Source: Chitinispirillaceae bacterium (GTDB lineage Bacteria; Fibrobacterota; Chitinivibrionia; Chitinivibrionales; Chitinispirillaceae). Taken from it: a stretch of 64,000 nt of DNA. This document shows positions 1 to 9,484 of the stretch, in pieces. The stretch's first letter is position 1. Each line of letters opens with the position of its first letter. The stretch is from NCBI GenBank assembly GCA_050304135.1, contig JBNLDC010000063.1, positions 12,176 to 76,175 on the forward strand, in the 5' to 3' direction. The notes below the pieces were generated by a model. It saw only the letters and a program-made list of their open reading frames with translations. It was not told the DNA's origin and did no database searches. Both the position numbers and the translations under genes were made by a program.

Positions 1-76
1 CATAAATTGCCTGGGCATCTGTGCCTGGAGAATTCTTTTATTTTGCGCGCGTCCCCTCCATGTTTTCAGTCTTAAA

Positions 77-670
77 TTATCTGTAAATGGTTATATTCAA
101 CTTGTTCAATTTTAACAAATAATTATGATTAATTTGTTGTCCCAATAGGTTGTAAGCAGTTCTTTTCTTGGTTGAGTACAATTTGTTACTTTTCATGGAT
201 TTTCGACTATTTATGGAAATTGTTTTACAAAAGTTCGCAGTTAATTCATTCGTAGTTAATGTGTCAATTTTATTAAAATATATTTTTGCGATAGTTTTCA
301 ATCCATCATCAACAATTTCTTCGGATTCATAATAAATCAATTCATTTCCTACGTAGTACAAGAACTTGTTTTGAATTATAGAAACAGATTGATTCGTCGA
401 TAAAAAAGTTTGCGAATAAATAGAATCATTCTTTATACTGTCAATAATATGAGAGCCGTTTAAAAAACAACCTTGATGTTCTTCAAACGTTTTTATTGAA
501 TCAGCAGTAATCAATAAGTAAAGGGAAGAATCTGCGTCCTCCATAACTTGAGAGCTATTGTTTTCATACAGGTTTATCTCAAATTTGTATGATTGCCATA
601 ATTCCTTACAAAATGTTTGAATGACAAAAGTCGAAAGAATGTAAGTGGTTATAAATAATTCATTTTTCAC
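77..670 (-). CDS. hypothetical protein encoded in a strongly AT-rich (~30% GC) segment; probably horizontally acquired
   Basis: Complete 197-aa ORF with N/K/I/Y/S-rich composition (MKNELFITTYILSTF...). Codon usage and GC contrast sharply with the ~58-60% GC of the rest of the window. No recognisable motif. Confidence 0.4.
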   Translation of the reverse strand: MKNELFITTYILSTFVIQTFCKELWQSYKFEINLYENNSSQVMEDADSSLYLLITADSIKTFEEHQGCFLNGSHIIDSIKNDSIYSQTFLSTNQSVSIIQNKFLYYVGNELIYYESEEIVDDGLKTIAKIYFNKIDTLTTNELTANFCKTISINSRKSMKSNKLYSTKKRTAYNLLGQQINHNYLLKLNKLNITIYR

Positions 671-1889
671 AATCAGTTATAGATCCTTTGTAAAATCGTT
701 GCATGGACAAACACTCGCCTTTATACTTTTCAAGATATGTTTTTAGGGCCCATAAGCAGGGAAAGATGAGAAAGAGTATTTTCAATCACTTCATTTTTCA
801 CTTCTTCAATTTGGTTCCAATCGACACCCGAGTGCCGGTACCCGCAGTCGGTCTCACCCCTGATTCACTCTGACACCTTCCGGAAACGAAACAATTACAG
901 CGAGCGGGAACCGTTCCGGCAAGGAGCACCTCAGTGCGTACCACTGCTCTAACGGAACAATAGTAAAATAATAGCGGTCTGACAACCGGGGTAGCGGAAA
1001 CCTTTTTTTTTACCCATTCACCACTTATCAGCAACATGTGGAACCTTCACTGTAGCCGTGAACAAGTACCGCAAGCATTAACTGGTTTCTGCGGTTATTG
1101 AACACGCGGATTTGTATGCGCGGCTTGCTATCTGCCCCTTTTACCACTCTACAGATGAAACCATTAGTATGTCAACGTACGCTGCACCCGGAACCTCCAC
1201 AGCCGCAGGATTTGGATTCCTGGTCTTCACCAGTTCAATCGCTGTGGACTGATTTTCCATGGTTTCACCGGTGTCACCGTTTACCAGCCATTGCACCTGA
1301 GCACCTTTCTCATAAATATCAGGAGCGAGGGGGCGCCCCCGCGCCGCGCCCAGAGGTATTCCGGCACGAAAACGGTATAATGAAAACAGTGTACAGCACT
1401 GGATACCACACGCTTAAAAAAATGGAATGAAAAACACCTCTGGACATTACGCGGTTGTCATTCCATTCTAGAAGCGTAGGGAATCCGGTACTTCGTACCG
1501 TTTCTATTATACCGCTTTATTCCCGCCGGGCGAGCCGCAGTCGCCCCTTGGGACCGGTGGATTTTTGTAGAGACGGGATGCATTGTTGCTCAAGCTATCG
1601 GTTGGTGGCTTGCCATTCAGCCTGGCGTGCGACGCGTGTCCGGCGGAAGACAGTGCTGCATTTCGATGTCACTATCGTTCCTATAACAGTTATCAGGATG
1701 AAAAACTATATGGAATACATATCGCTGTTTCTTCCCATATAATCCGACGGAACGGACGTGACGTAAGAAACAGAGCCTGCCTTTTGGCCGCGATAGCGCC
1801 GCACGCCAACGATTGTTTTACCAGAGAATATTTCATGGAGCACGACACTCCCGGTAAACGACAACTCTCCACGGTCGGACTTGGCGTCT

Positions 1890-4150
1890 GCGGTTCCGGG
1901 TAGAAACGGGTGATTGCTCACCCGAAGCCCCCACAGAACCGTACGAGCCCGATTAAGGCATACGGTTCCTCAGATTTATGGTTTCGCTATGCATACCCAT
2001 GAGCAATGTACGGTTCCGGCAGTTTATAGTGTGCTAATAGCTTGTTAAATCTGTCAAGCGTCATTTTTCCACGCCCTTTCGGACGACGGCGCCTCTTAAG
2101 CCATTTATACCAGCTCCTTTGCACACATTCCTTAAAACGGCTCAGACTTCGGATATTACAGGTTATGCCGTAAAAGTTGTAGTGACCCCGGAGTTTGACT
2201 CTCAGGACCGAATGCTGTTCTTTTAACGGCTTATGGCGATTTATTTTGCACCACTGGCTAACCCGCTTTACTGCAGCCCGAAACTTCTTGCCGGATGTTT
2301 TGCGTTTGATCACCCACCGTCCTCTTCGCGATTTGCCCCAGTAGTGAGTGAACCCCAGAAAATCGAAGCTCCCCGATTCGCAGTGCCCCCTCTGTGGAGG
2401 CATGGTAAATTTCACCAACCGGGTCTTCTCCGGGTGCAGTTCAAGCCCGTACTTCGCAAACCGCTTTGTCAGCACGTTCTTCACCACTTTCGCCTCGTGC
2501 TGGTCAGCGAACAACAAAACTGCATCATCCGCAAATCGAACCAGTGACGCCCGGTGGTTCAGTCGTGGGACTATCTCCCGCGTAAACCATTCATCCAGCA
2601 CATAATGCAGGTACAGGTTGCTCAGAAGCGGAGAGATCACCCGACCTTGAGGACTTCCCTCTTCGTCATAGTGCACCGTTCCATCCTCCATAACTCCTGC
2701 ATTCAACCATTTTCCTACCGTACGTACTATCACTCCGTCGCATACCCTGCGCTTGAGAAACTCTCGCAGATGTTCATGCTTCATCGTGTCATAGAACTTG
2801 CGTATGTCCACTTCGAGCACCCAACATCCGCGCATCCCCATTGCTTCTTTCCAGAGCATGTCCAGCGCTTTGTGCACCGAGCGTCCCGGTCGGAAGCCAT
2901 GAGAACAGTCCAGGAAGTCCTGCTCATATAGCGGCTCCATCACCATTTTTACCGCCCGTTCCAGAATCTTGTCCTCCAGTACGGGTATCCCCAGCGGCCG
3001 CAGCTCTTTCATACTTCCACTCTTTGGGATGTAGACTCGACGCACCGGCTGGGCACGGTAGGTACCCGATTTAAACCGTTCGAGAAGCAACTGGAGATTT
3101 TCTTCCAGCTTACCCTCGTACTCTTGCGCCGTCACTCCATCCACTCCCACCGCTGCGTCCTTACGGGTCTGTCGGTAGGCTTCTTTCAGCCATTCAAGGT
3201 CAAGGTGATACGCCAACGACGTGAAGCTCACTTCCGGCAATCGCTTCGCAAGCTCCGCTATCCGCTGTTGTTTCGTGTACACTCCTCGGGATTCCTTGGC
3301 ATCCCTCGTGTTTCTCAACTGCGGTTCCATAATTCCGACACCGTCCTTTCCTCCTTCGGCTCCCTTCGGGTAAGGTTCGCCGCGCTCATCAGTACTATGA
3401 TGGTGCTAAGACTTCCCGCTCCCATCCCGTCGCGTCTCGTTTCCTTCACTTGACGGTACCACCGACCATCCGCTTCTTCGTATCTCTGCATGTCGCCCGA
3501 ATGATAGCTACTTACAGCCCGGTCGTTCAGGGACGCAACCCTCGGTTGACCTACCGGCTTTCTCTGGTGGAGGTGTACGGGACCTCCCAGGTTCCTGGAG
3601 AATCTTTCCACGCCTTTGCTCTGCTCCAAGACCCCGGCCGGACCTTCGGTGCTATGCCATTGCTGCACCTCGGTACTGCCCCCGTGGTGACAAATACGAA
3701 GGCTCCAGCGATAGAGAACGATTTCGGGGCTCACTTACACAGCTTCAGCGCTAACCGCCTACGCTTCCACGCAGCCATTACTGGACTACGGGCAAGGCTG
3801 GCTTCCGGCTGGTGGCAAACCTTTACCGGGCGGATTTCCTCCCCTGCCGCTGGGTTGCGGGGGGAATCCGCTGATTCTACCGGCGAATTTCAAGTTGACT
3901 TCCATGTCTTCTATTCCAACGCCCCAGGCTTCGCCTGGCGCCATGTCACTATCGTTCTTTAAACGCAAGGAGCCCAGTGCAGGGCACTGTTTTCTCGTAC
4001 CGTTTTATAGAGCAACACCAATATGCTGTGATTGAAAAGATACTGCGGCACTGCGGTATGTGGAAGGAGACTCCGCCGAGAGCACCGCCAGTAGAGATAC
4101 CGTTTCACACCCAAAAACTTGCCGGGCCGACTCTCGATTATGACTTTACT
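1890..4150 (-). mobile_element. bacterial group II intron (retroelement); boundaries approximate
   Basis: Contains an intron-encoded RT/maturase ORF. A domain V-like hairpin lies just 3' of the ORF on the minus strand (reverse complement of 1936-1968: GAACCGTATGCCTTAATCGGGCTCGTACGGTTC). About 800 nt with no real ORF lies 5' of the RT ORF, consistent with domains I-IV. The exact 5' GUGYG and 3' ends could not be pinned down by eye. Confidence 0.6.
1987..3330 (-). CDS. group II intron reverse transcriptase/maturase (intron-encoded protein), no C-terminal HNH/En domain
   Basis: 447 aa. RT motifs present: YIPKSG...LGIP, PQGRVISPLLSNLYL, FADD (RFADDAVLLFA), followed by the maturase X region (FLGFTHYWGKSRRGRWV) and a basic C-terminus. 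Confidence 0.9.
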   Translation of the reverse strand: MEPQLRNTRDAKESRGVYTKQQRIAELAKRLPEVSFTSLAYHLDLEWLKEAYRQTRKDAAVGVDGVTAQEYEGKLEENLQLLLERFKSGTYRAQPVRRVYIPKSGSMKELRPLGIPVLEDKILERAVKMVMEPLYEQDFLDCSHGFRPGRSVHKALDMLWKEAMGMRGCWVLEVDIRKFYDTMKHEHLREFLKRRVCDGVIVRTVGKWLNAGVMEDGTVHYDEEGSPQGRVISPLLSNLYLHYVLDEWFTREIVPRLNHRASLVRFADDAVLLFADQHEAKVVKNVLTKRFAKYGLELHPEKTRLVKFTMPPQRGHCESGSFDFLGFTHYWGKSRRGRWVIKRKTSGKKFRAAVKRVSQWCKINRHKPLKEQHSVLRVKLRGHYNFYGITCNIRSLSRFKECVQRSWYKWLKRRRRPKGRGKMTLDRFNKLLAHYKLPEPYIAHGYA

Positions 4151-4444
4151 TCGACTTAGCTCAGCACAAGCTTTAATAGTCTGGCAAGCTGAAAAACACC
4201 TCTATCCGCTCCACTGAGAACCTTCCTCATTTCGATAAACTCAATGCATCGCCTTGCGGTAGCTGTTGTCGAATCTTGAATTTTCAACTTTGAGGCACCT
4301 ATTTTCCTCTTATAATGGGGTTATTTATCAGTGAGAAGTGGAGAGTTTTAGTCAAAAAAAGTGGTAGTGAGGCAAATAATTAAGTTGCTAAAATTATGCC
4401 TGGGTCGAAAAAAGAAAATGTCTATCAGTTGGTCCATTGCAATC

Positions 4445-4900
4445 TTATTGCGCCGGGGCATATTCATAGTACATCTCAAATGCATCCGCCCCGTTGGCAT
4501 AGATTTGTTTACGAACCCGGGAGACCGTGAACCCGCAACTTCTATAGAGCGCGATTGCCAGCCTGTTCGAACTGTCAACTTCAAGAAACATCTTTGAACA
4601 TGTTCCGCTGCAAAGTTCCTGCAATGTTCTGACGAGCCTTTTCCCGAACCCTTTGCCTCGAAAACTTTTACAAATGCAAAGTTTATTGACACTTACCTCA
4701 TCTGCCGCCTGTTTCGCGAACAGATACCCCGCCACGTTCTCCTCCACGACCAGGAGCAGCACCAGGGAAGCCTCGTCATCAAGCTCACTGATGAAATCAG
4801 AATCTTTCCATGGTGGAGTAAACGTTTCCGTCTCTATGTTATAGATCGTCTTGAGACAGCGCCTTACCGCTGCTTTTTCGGTAATTATCTTATCATTCAT
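4445..4900 (-). CDS. rimI: GNAT family N-acetyltransferase, RimI-like (ribosomal-protein-alanine acetyltransferase)
   Basis: 151 aa. Acetyl-CoA binding motif is present (…RGKGFGKRLV…), and the length is typical of RimI. Confidence 0.7.
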   Translation of the reverse strand: MNDKIITEKAAVRRCLKTIYNIETETFTPPWKDSDFISELDDEASLVLLLVVEENVAGYLFAKQAADEVSVNKLCICKSFRGKGFGKRLVRTLQELCSGTCSKMFLEVDSSNRLAIALYRSCGFTVSRVRKQIYANGADAFEMYYEYAPAQ

Positions 4901-4945
4901 TGCAGGTCAGGCTCCTCATCTGATAACCACCAACCGGGATTATTC

Positions 4946-6922
4946 TCATAGTGACACCTGTTTTCGAAAGGGTATAGCCGATACCAGTTTCAGCGCCACG
5001 ATTCCCGCGGCCACCATTCCCAGTCCAAATTGCGGGATGAGGATGGTGGCCGCAAGTGCCATACCAAGTACCCCACCGGTGCAGTCTGCCGCATAAAGGA
5101 AACCGGTCTGCCGTGTGGAACGGGTAACAAACTGCGCTGACCCCATGTATCCCGCCACCGCATTACAGAGAAAAAACAGTACCACCGGTGGTTCTTTTGT
5201 GTAAATAACCAATACAGCAAGTGAACCGCCGAGTATTCCGCCAACCCAGAGATCAGAATACGGAAACTGCCGTACCCTGCACCCTGCTGCGAACCCGGCA
5301 GAAAGCGACAGCAGCAGCAGCGGAAGTTGGCTGTAGATAGTCCCGTAGAATGACTGATACATAATAATCAGCCCAGTTGAATATACTCCTATACACATTC
5401 CGGTACTGCCGACCGACACCACCGGTTTAGATAACCGGGTCAGCGGCAGGAGAACCATTACCAGCAGCAGCGGCAGCGCGATAAAAAGCCATCGAGACAG
5501 ACTGAACAGATGCAGATAGCCATCAAGTACGGGCATAAGCAACCAGGGATGTGCTGCCGTATGCATACGATTCACCGAAGGCGGTCGGTTTGCTGCCGCG
5601 ATTCGCTCGGCAGTCAATCCGGCAAGCACCACCGGCTGAAAATACCCGGTCGTGACCCTGCAGCTATCAGGCAGCGTGTAATCGGCATCGGCAGCGAGAA
5701 ACGTGAACCCCTCTCCCGGAAGTACCTGCACATACCTGAACACATCGCGTAAGGTGGTAATAATGATCGAGCGTATTTTCTCTTCCCGTTCATCGATGTA
5801 TTCTCCATGAAAGGGAAGGGTAAAGGAAAAAATCCCCGAATCTCCGGTAAGTATTTTTATCTGCCGGAAAAACGATCGGGTGAAATACCGGCTTGTGCTG
5901 ATATTATCAGGCATTGAACAGGCGAGCAGTACCGCATCGAACGGTCCATGCGACATTTCCGGAGCGAGACTGCCGAATGGACAGCAACTGTCAACCATAA
6001 GCCGGTCGAGCCGAATGCAGCGGATTTCCGCCCCCCGGTATTTTTGCGCTTCAATCAGGTGCCCGGCACTGTTGAGCAGCAGTATCGACCGTGGCATGGC
6101 CGGCAGCATCGACAGCGGTGCATGGACCGCCTGTTCGACCGCCGGTGTTCCGTAGGAGAGCGCATGGAGCGTACCGTTGACATAGGTCAAATGTTCACCT
6201 TCAACAGTTGCAGTCGCCACCTCACCATCCCGGGTATAGTGTATCCGACTGACGGGAAACGGGTACTTCCATGCGGCAGTGGAGCTGTCGGTCAGAAACA
6301 GCAACGCGACCACCGCGATACCCACACCCCGCCGGATACTGCCATGAAGCAGCGGCAGAAGCAACAGTAACACTCCGGCAGCAATTATCCCGTTGGGAAC
6401 CGACCGCCAAATGGCAATTGCTACCAGACTGAGCCCCAGGAGGCTTCCCGCCTGCTCGTTACTGTAACGATTTCGTCCTTCGCCGTTTTTAACGGTTACA
6501 CCAAATATATAACCGCCGGCAGCCGCCCCCGGAACAACAGTAACCAGCAGAAGCAACGGTAACAGTTGCGGGGGCACAGCAGCACCCGGCAACTGAAACA
6601 GCCGTACCGCCCTTATGCCTGCCAGTCCTGCGGCGAATACGATCAGCACTACGAGGAGTGCATCCGATAACGAAAGAACTGTTTTTTTCTGGGCACCACC
6701 AGCCCCCGCCGCAGTCGCAGCCAGCCAGATCGCCAGCACCATCCCCACGGTCATTTCATTACCCGCGATAACGGTGAGCACCTCCCGCACCAGCACAACC
6801 TGCATTACAGCAGTTACCAGGCCGGTCGCAAATACTACGGCACCAGAAGATCCCGGTACACCCTGAATTATTGTTTGACGCATCTGACGCAGTTTGTCAG
6901 TTTGGTGCCCGAGCGTACTCAT
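4946..6922 (-). CDS. polytopic membrane protein with a central spermidine-synthase-like (polyamine aminopropyltransferase fold) domain
   Basis: 658 aa. Multiple hydrophobic helices flank a segment resembling the SpeE core (…ILLLNSAGHLIEAQKYRGAEIRCIRLDRLMV…FDAVLLACSMPDN…FFRQIKILTGDSGIFS…). Its 3' end overlaps the next gene by 4 nt. Confidence 0.55.
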   Translation of the reverse strand: MSTLGHQTDKLRQMRQTIIQGVPGSSGAVVFATGLVTAVMQVVLVREVLTVIAGNEMTVGMVLAIWLAATAAGAGGAQKKTVLSLSDALLVVLIVFAAGLAGIRAVRLFQLPGAAVPPQLLPLLLLVTVVPGAAAGGYIFGVTVKNGEGRNRYSNEQAGSLLGLSLVAIAIWRSVPNGIIAAGVLLLLLPLLHGSIRRGVGIAVVALLFLTDSSTAAWKYPFPVSRIHYTRDGEVATATVEGEHLTYVNGTLHALSYGTPAVEQAVHAPLSMLPAMPRSILLLNSAGHLIEAQKYRGAEIRCIRLDRLMVDSCCPFGSLAPEMSHGPFDAVLLACSMPDNISTSRYFTRSFFRQIKILTGDSGIFSFTLPFHGEYIDEREEKIRSIIITTLRDVFRYVQVLPGEGFTFLAADADYTLPDSCRVTTGYFQPVVLAGLTAERIAAANRPPSVNRMHTAAHPWLLMPVLDGYLHLFSLSRWLFIALPLLLVMVLLPLTRLSKPVVSVGSTGMCIGVYSTGLIIMYQSFYGTIYSQLPLLLLSLSAGFAAGCRVRQFPYSDLWVGGILGGSLAVLVIYTKEPPVVLFFLCNAVAGYMGSAQFVTRSTRQTGFLYAADCTGGVLGMALAATILIPQFGLGMVAAGIVALKLVSAIPFRKQVSL

Positions 6923-8379
6923 TCCTCAAAATGCACTGCCCGGTAGGTTGAAACTTCGGCATGTTTCCAGCCGTCTCGCGGCATTCGCCCTTTAAGCGAG
7001 AGCTGTTCAAGGAAGGCGACTTTATCAGGCAACTGCTCCCACACCTGTGGAAGATAGGTGGATTGATGGTTGCCGCTACGGAGAATAACACCATCACGTC
7101 CGGGGACAAGTCGTGCGAGCAGCTCTTCAGGCTTCTTATACGGTAACGGCTCGGGAGGAGTCAGAACAGATATTTCAATTTTTATTCCGGCAACCTCACC
7201 GGGGGTTACCTTCGGGAAACGCGGATCGCTCAACGCCGCGTTTGCGGCATTGTCAACAACCGCCTGAACAAGCGGCTTTATCGGTTCGATGTACCCGATG
7301 CATCCCCGGAGTGCGCGTTGTGCGGTGAGTGTAACAAAACAGCCCCGGTTTTCCTTCACCTCCTCCGGGGTATCAGCTGGCAGCTTATACCGGTTCCCAG
7401 TCACAGCAGCCTCAAGACTTCCCCGTGCCACCCCGAGCAGAAATGCTTTTGTTTCGTCGGATAACCCATCGTCGGTTTTTTTCCGTTCCGTTTCACTCCC
7501 GCTGAACCGACGCGCAGCCTCGGGTGAAACATACGCGATAGCCGCATAGCCAACCACCCTGGTTTTCGGGCAATGCTGCGGTGCGGTATCGTACGATGTC
7601 CTCGCGTCAAGTTTTACCGGTTCCAGGCCGAGCTTTTTCCCGAGTGACATCACAATCCTGATCGGCAGATCACCACAGGCATTGATTTTTCCATTTTCTT
7701 CTCCGGAGAGTATGGCGGCAATGGATGCATCATCTATTGAACGCGCCGATTCCTGCTTCTCGTAATGTGAAAAATCCGACGAGGCAACAACGACTGTCTG
7801 TTTGTCGATAAACGGCAACAGCAGCTCCGCCACCTGTTTCGGATCAGCTTTTCCCACCAGCAGCGGCACAATGGCAAAATCCGACAACTGCACCTGCAGA
7901 AAGGGAAGCTGCACCTCCAGACAGTGTTCCGGTTCGTCAAATCCCTCCGCGGCGATCACTCCCGGCTGCCCGTTCAGGCGATCAACGACCTCCCGGTCAA
8001 TTTTCACTCTGCCGAGCGGTGTTTCATAGTAATCAAATCGCGGAACAGCAATACCTCTGAAAGCTTCATAGTGCGACGGGCCGATGATAATCACCCGTTT
8101 CGCATTGCCATCCATTGTTGCATATCCTTTGGCGGCAACCGGCCCGGAAAAAACGAATCCTGCATGTGGGCAGATCATCAGCCGTACCGGTTCGGAAAGC
8201 GGCCGGGCGTCGGAGAGATACCGGAGAATAACCTCCCGCAGCAGTTTCGGATTTTTCTCATAAAACGTTCCCGCGACCGCCGCTTTACGCACTGTATTCT
8301 GTGCAGAAGCACTGAAAAACATACTGTTCATAAGCATCACTCCACCGATAAGAATAAGCGTCAGTTTACCTTTAACCAT
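6919..8379 (-). CDS. AmmeMemoRadiSam system fusion protein: N-terminal MEMO1-like (protein B) domain plus C-terminal AMMECR1 (protein A) domain, with a predicted Sec signal peptide
   Basis: 486 aa. N-terminus MVKGKLTLILIGGVMLMNSMFFSASA-QN looks like a signal peptide. MEMO1-like core (AGTFYEKNP…ICPHAGFVFSGP…GPSHY). C-terminal AMMECR1 core (RGCFVTLTAQRALRGCIGYIEP…). A GGAGG RBS lies upstream of the ATG at 8379. Confidence 0.8.
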   Translation of the reverse strand: MVKGKLTLILIGGVMLMNSMFFSASAQNTVRKAAVAGTFYEKNPKLLREVILRYLSDARPLSEPVRLMICPHAGFVFSGPVAAKGYATMDGNAKRVIIIGPSHYEAFRGIAVPRFDYYETPLGRVKIDREVVDRLNGQPGVIAAEGFDEPEHCLEVQLPFLQVQLSDFAIVPLLVGKADPKQVAELLLPFIDKQTVVVASSDFSHYEKQESARSIDDASIAAILSGEENGKINACGDLPIRIVMSLGKKLGLEPVKLDARTSYDTAPQHCPKTRVVGYAAIAYVSPEAARRFSGSETERKKTDDGLSDETKAFLLGVARGSLEAAVTGNRYKLPADTPEEVKENRGCFVTLTAQRALRGCIGYIEPIKPLVQAVVDNAANAALSDPRFPKVTPGEVAGIKIEISVLTPPEPLPYKKPEELLARLVPGRDGVILRSGNHQSTYLPQVWEQLPDKVAFLEQLSLKGRMPRDGWKHAEVSTYRAVHFEE

Positions 8380-8382
8380 GTG

Positions 8383-9483
8383 TTACCTCCACAACCCGGC
8401 AATTGCCCTGCCGCAGTAGGCACATTTACCACCTTCAAGATGGTTCGCGGTAATCGTATACCCCGCACGATCGACTACCGTTTTCCCGCACCCCGGACAG
8501 ACTGTCGCGGTGTTCGCTCCGGCAACATTTCCAATGTAGACATACGAGATCCCTGCTTCCCGGGCGATACCGACTGCCCGCTCAAGGGTACTTACCGGTG
8601 TTGGATACCCGTCCGACAATTGATACATCGGATAAAACCGGGAAAAATGCAGCGGGGTTTCCCCACCGAGTTCCCCGGCAACCCACCGGCATAACTCACG
8701 CAGCTGCTGCGATGAATCATTCCACCGGGGCACCACCAGATTGATCACCTCAAGCCACAGGCCTCCTCGTTTCGCACGCTGCAGCGTATCGAGTACCGGC
8801 TGCAGAGTACCGGCATTGAGATCACGGTATACCTTGTCGCTGAAACTTTTCAGATCGATACGGATTGCATCGAGAACAGGCATAACCTCCTCAAACGGTG
8901 CTCCGTTAAGGTACCCGGAACTGACCATCACCGTCCGGAGTCCGGCTTTACGGGCAACAGTCGCTGTATCGATCACATATTCCAGCCAGACTGAAGGTTC
9001 GGTATAGGTGAAAGCGACAACCGTGCACTTTTGCCGAAGTGCCTCCTCCACTACCTTTTCCGGGGGCAGATACCGGTTATCCGTTTCCAGCGGACTTCGC
9101 TGACTTATCTGATAGTTCTGGCAGTTTTTACAACGGAGATTACAACCCGCAACACCGATCGAAAACGTTCTGGCGCCCGGCAGCACATGATAAAACGGTT
9201 TTTTCTCGATCGGATCGACGTGAACGGCACACGGCTGCCCGTAACCGAGGGCATAGAGCGTTCCATGGCGGAACGTCCGGTTGCGGCATTTTCCGGTTTT
9301 CCCTTCACGCAGAATGCACCCATGCGGACAGAGTTCACACGCCGCCGAAGTTCCCTCCGGATGCCAGAATCGTGCGGGATGTCCGGATGTGGTGCCGGCT
9401 GCGAGCAGCGGTGTTCCTCCACCGGCGGCAACAAGGGCTCCGCATGAACAGAGTGCGCCAATACATGAGCGTCGGGAAATCAT
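8383..9483 (-). CDS. AmmeMemoRadiSam system radical SAM enzyme (PflX-like), possible Tat-type N-terminal extension
   Basis: Radical SAM CxxxCxxC motif (GCNLRCKNCQNYQ), the family-typical N-terminal Cys cluster (CELCPHGCILREGKTGKC) and a C-terminal CPGCGK…CAYCG zinc ribbon. The ORF track extends to 9663, but the start at MISRRSCIGALCSCGALVAAGG (9483) abuts the upstream small ORF. Confidence 0.8.
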   Translation of the reverse strand: MISRRSCIGALCSCGALVAAGGGTPLLAAGTTSGHPARFWHPEGTSAACELCPHGCILREGKTGKCRNRTFRHGTLYALGYGQPCAVHVDPIEKKPFYHVLPGARTFSIGVAGCNLRCKNCQNYQISQRSPLETDNRYLPPEKVVEEALRQKCTVVAFTYTEPSVWLEYVIDTATVARKAGLRTVMVSSGYLNGAPFEEVMPVLDAIRIDLKSFSDKVYRDLNAGTLQPVLDTLQRAKRGGLWLEVINLVVPRWNDSSQQLRELCRWVAGELGGETPLHFSRFYPMYQLSDGYPTPVSTLERAVGIAREAGISYVYIGNVAGANTATVCPGCGKTVVDRAGYTITANHLEGGKCAYCGRAIAGLWR

Positions 9484-9484
9484 A

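Noticed and set aside
798-1037. 79-aa minus-strand ORF, and the 1098..1430 / 1455..1903 plus-strand ORFs, in the non-coding stretch
   Set aside because: Their translations are low-complexity and not protein-like. They are retained only as part of the unexplained non-coding region finding.
3450-3962. 170-aa plus-strand ORF, with neighbours 3124..3453 (+) and 3315..3734 (-), inside the group II intron
   Set aside because: They lie in the structured 5' RNA domains (I-IV) of the intron. The GC-rich sequence gives chance ORFs, and their composition (P/R/A/S-rich) is not protein-like.
7924-8694. 256-aa ORF antisense to the MEMO1-AMMECR1 / radical SAM genes
   Set aside because: An antisense shadow ORF with R/P/C-rich junk composition.
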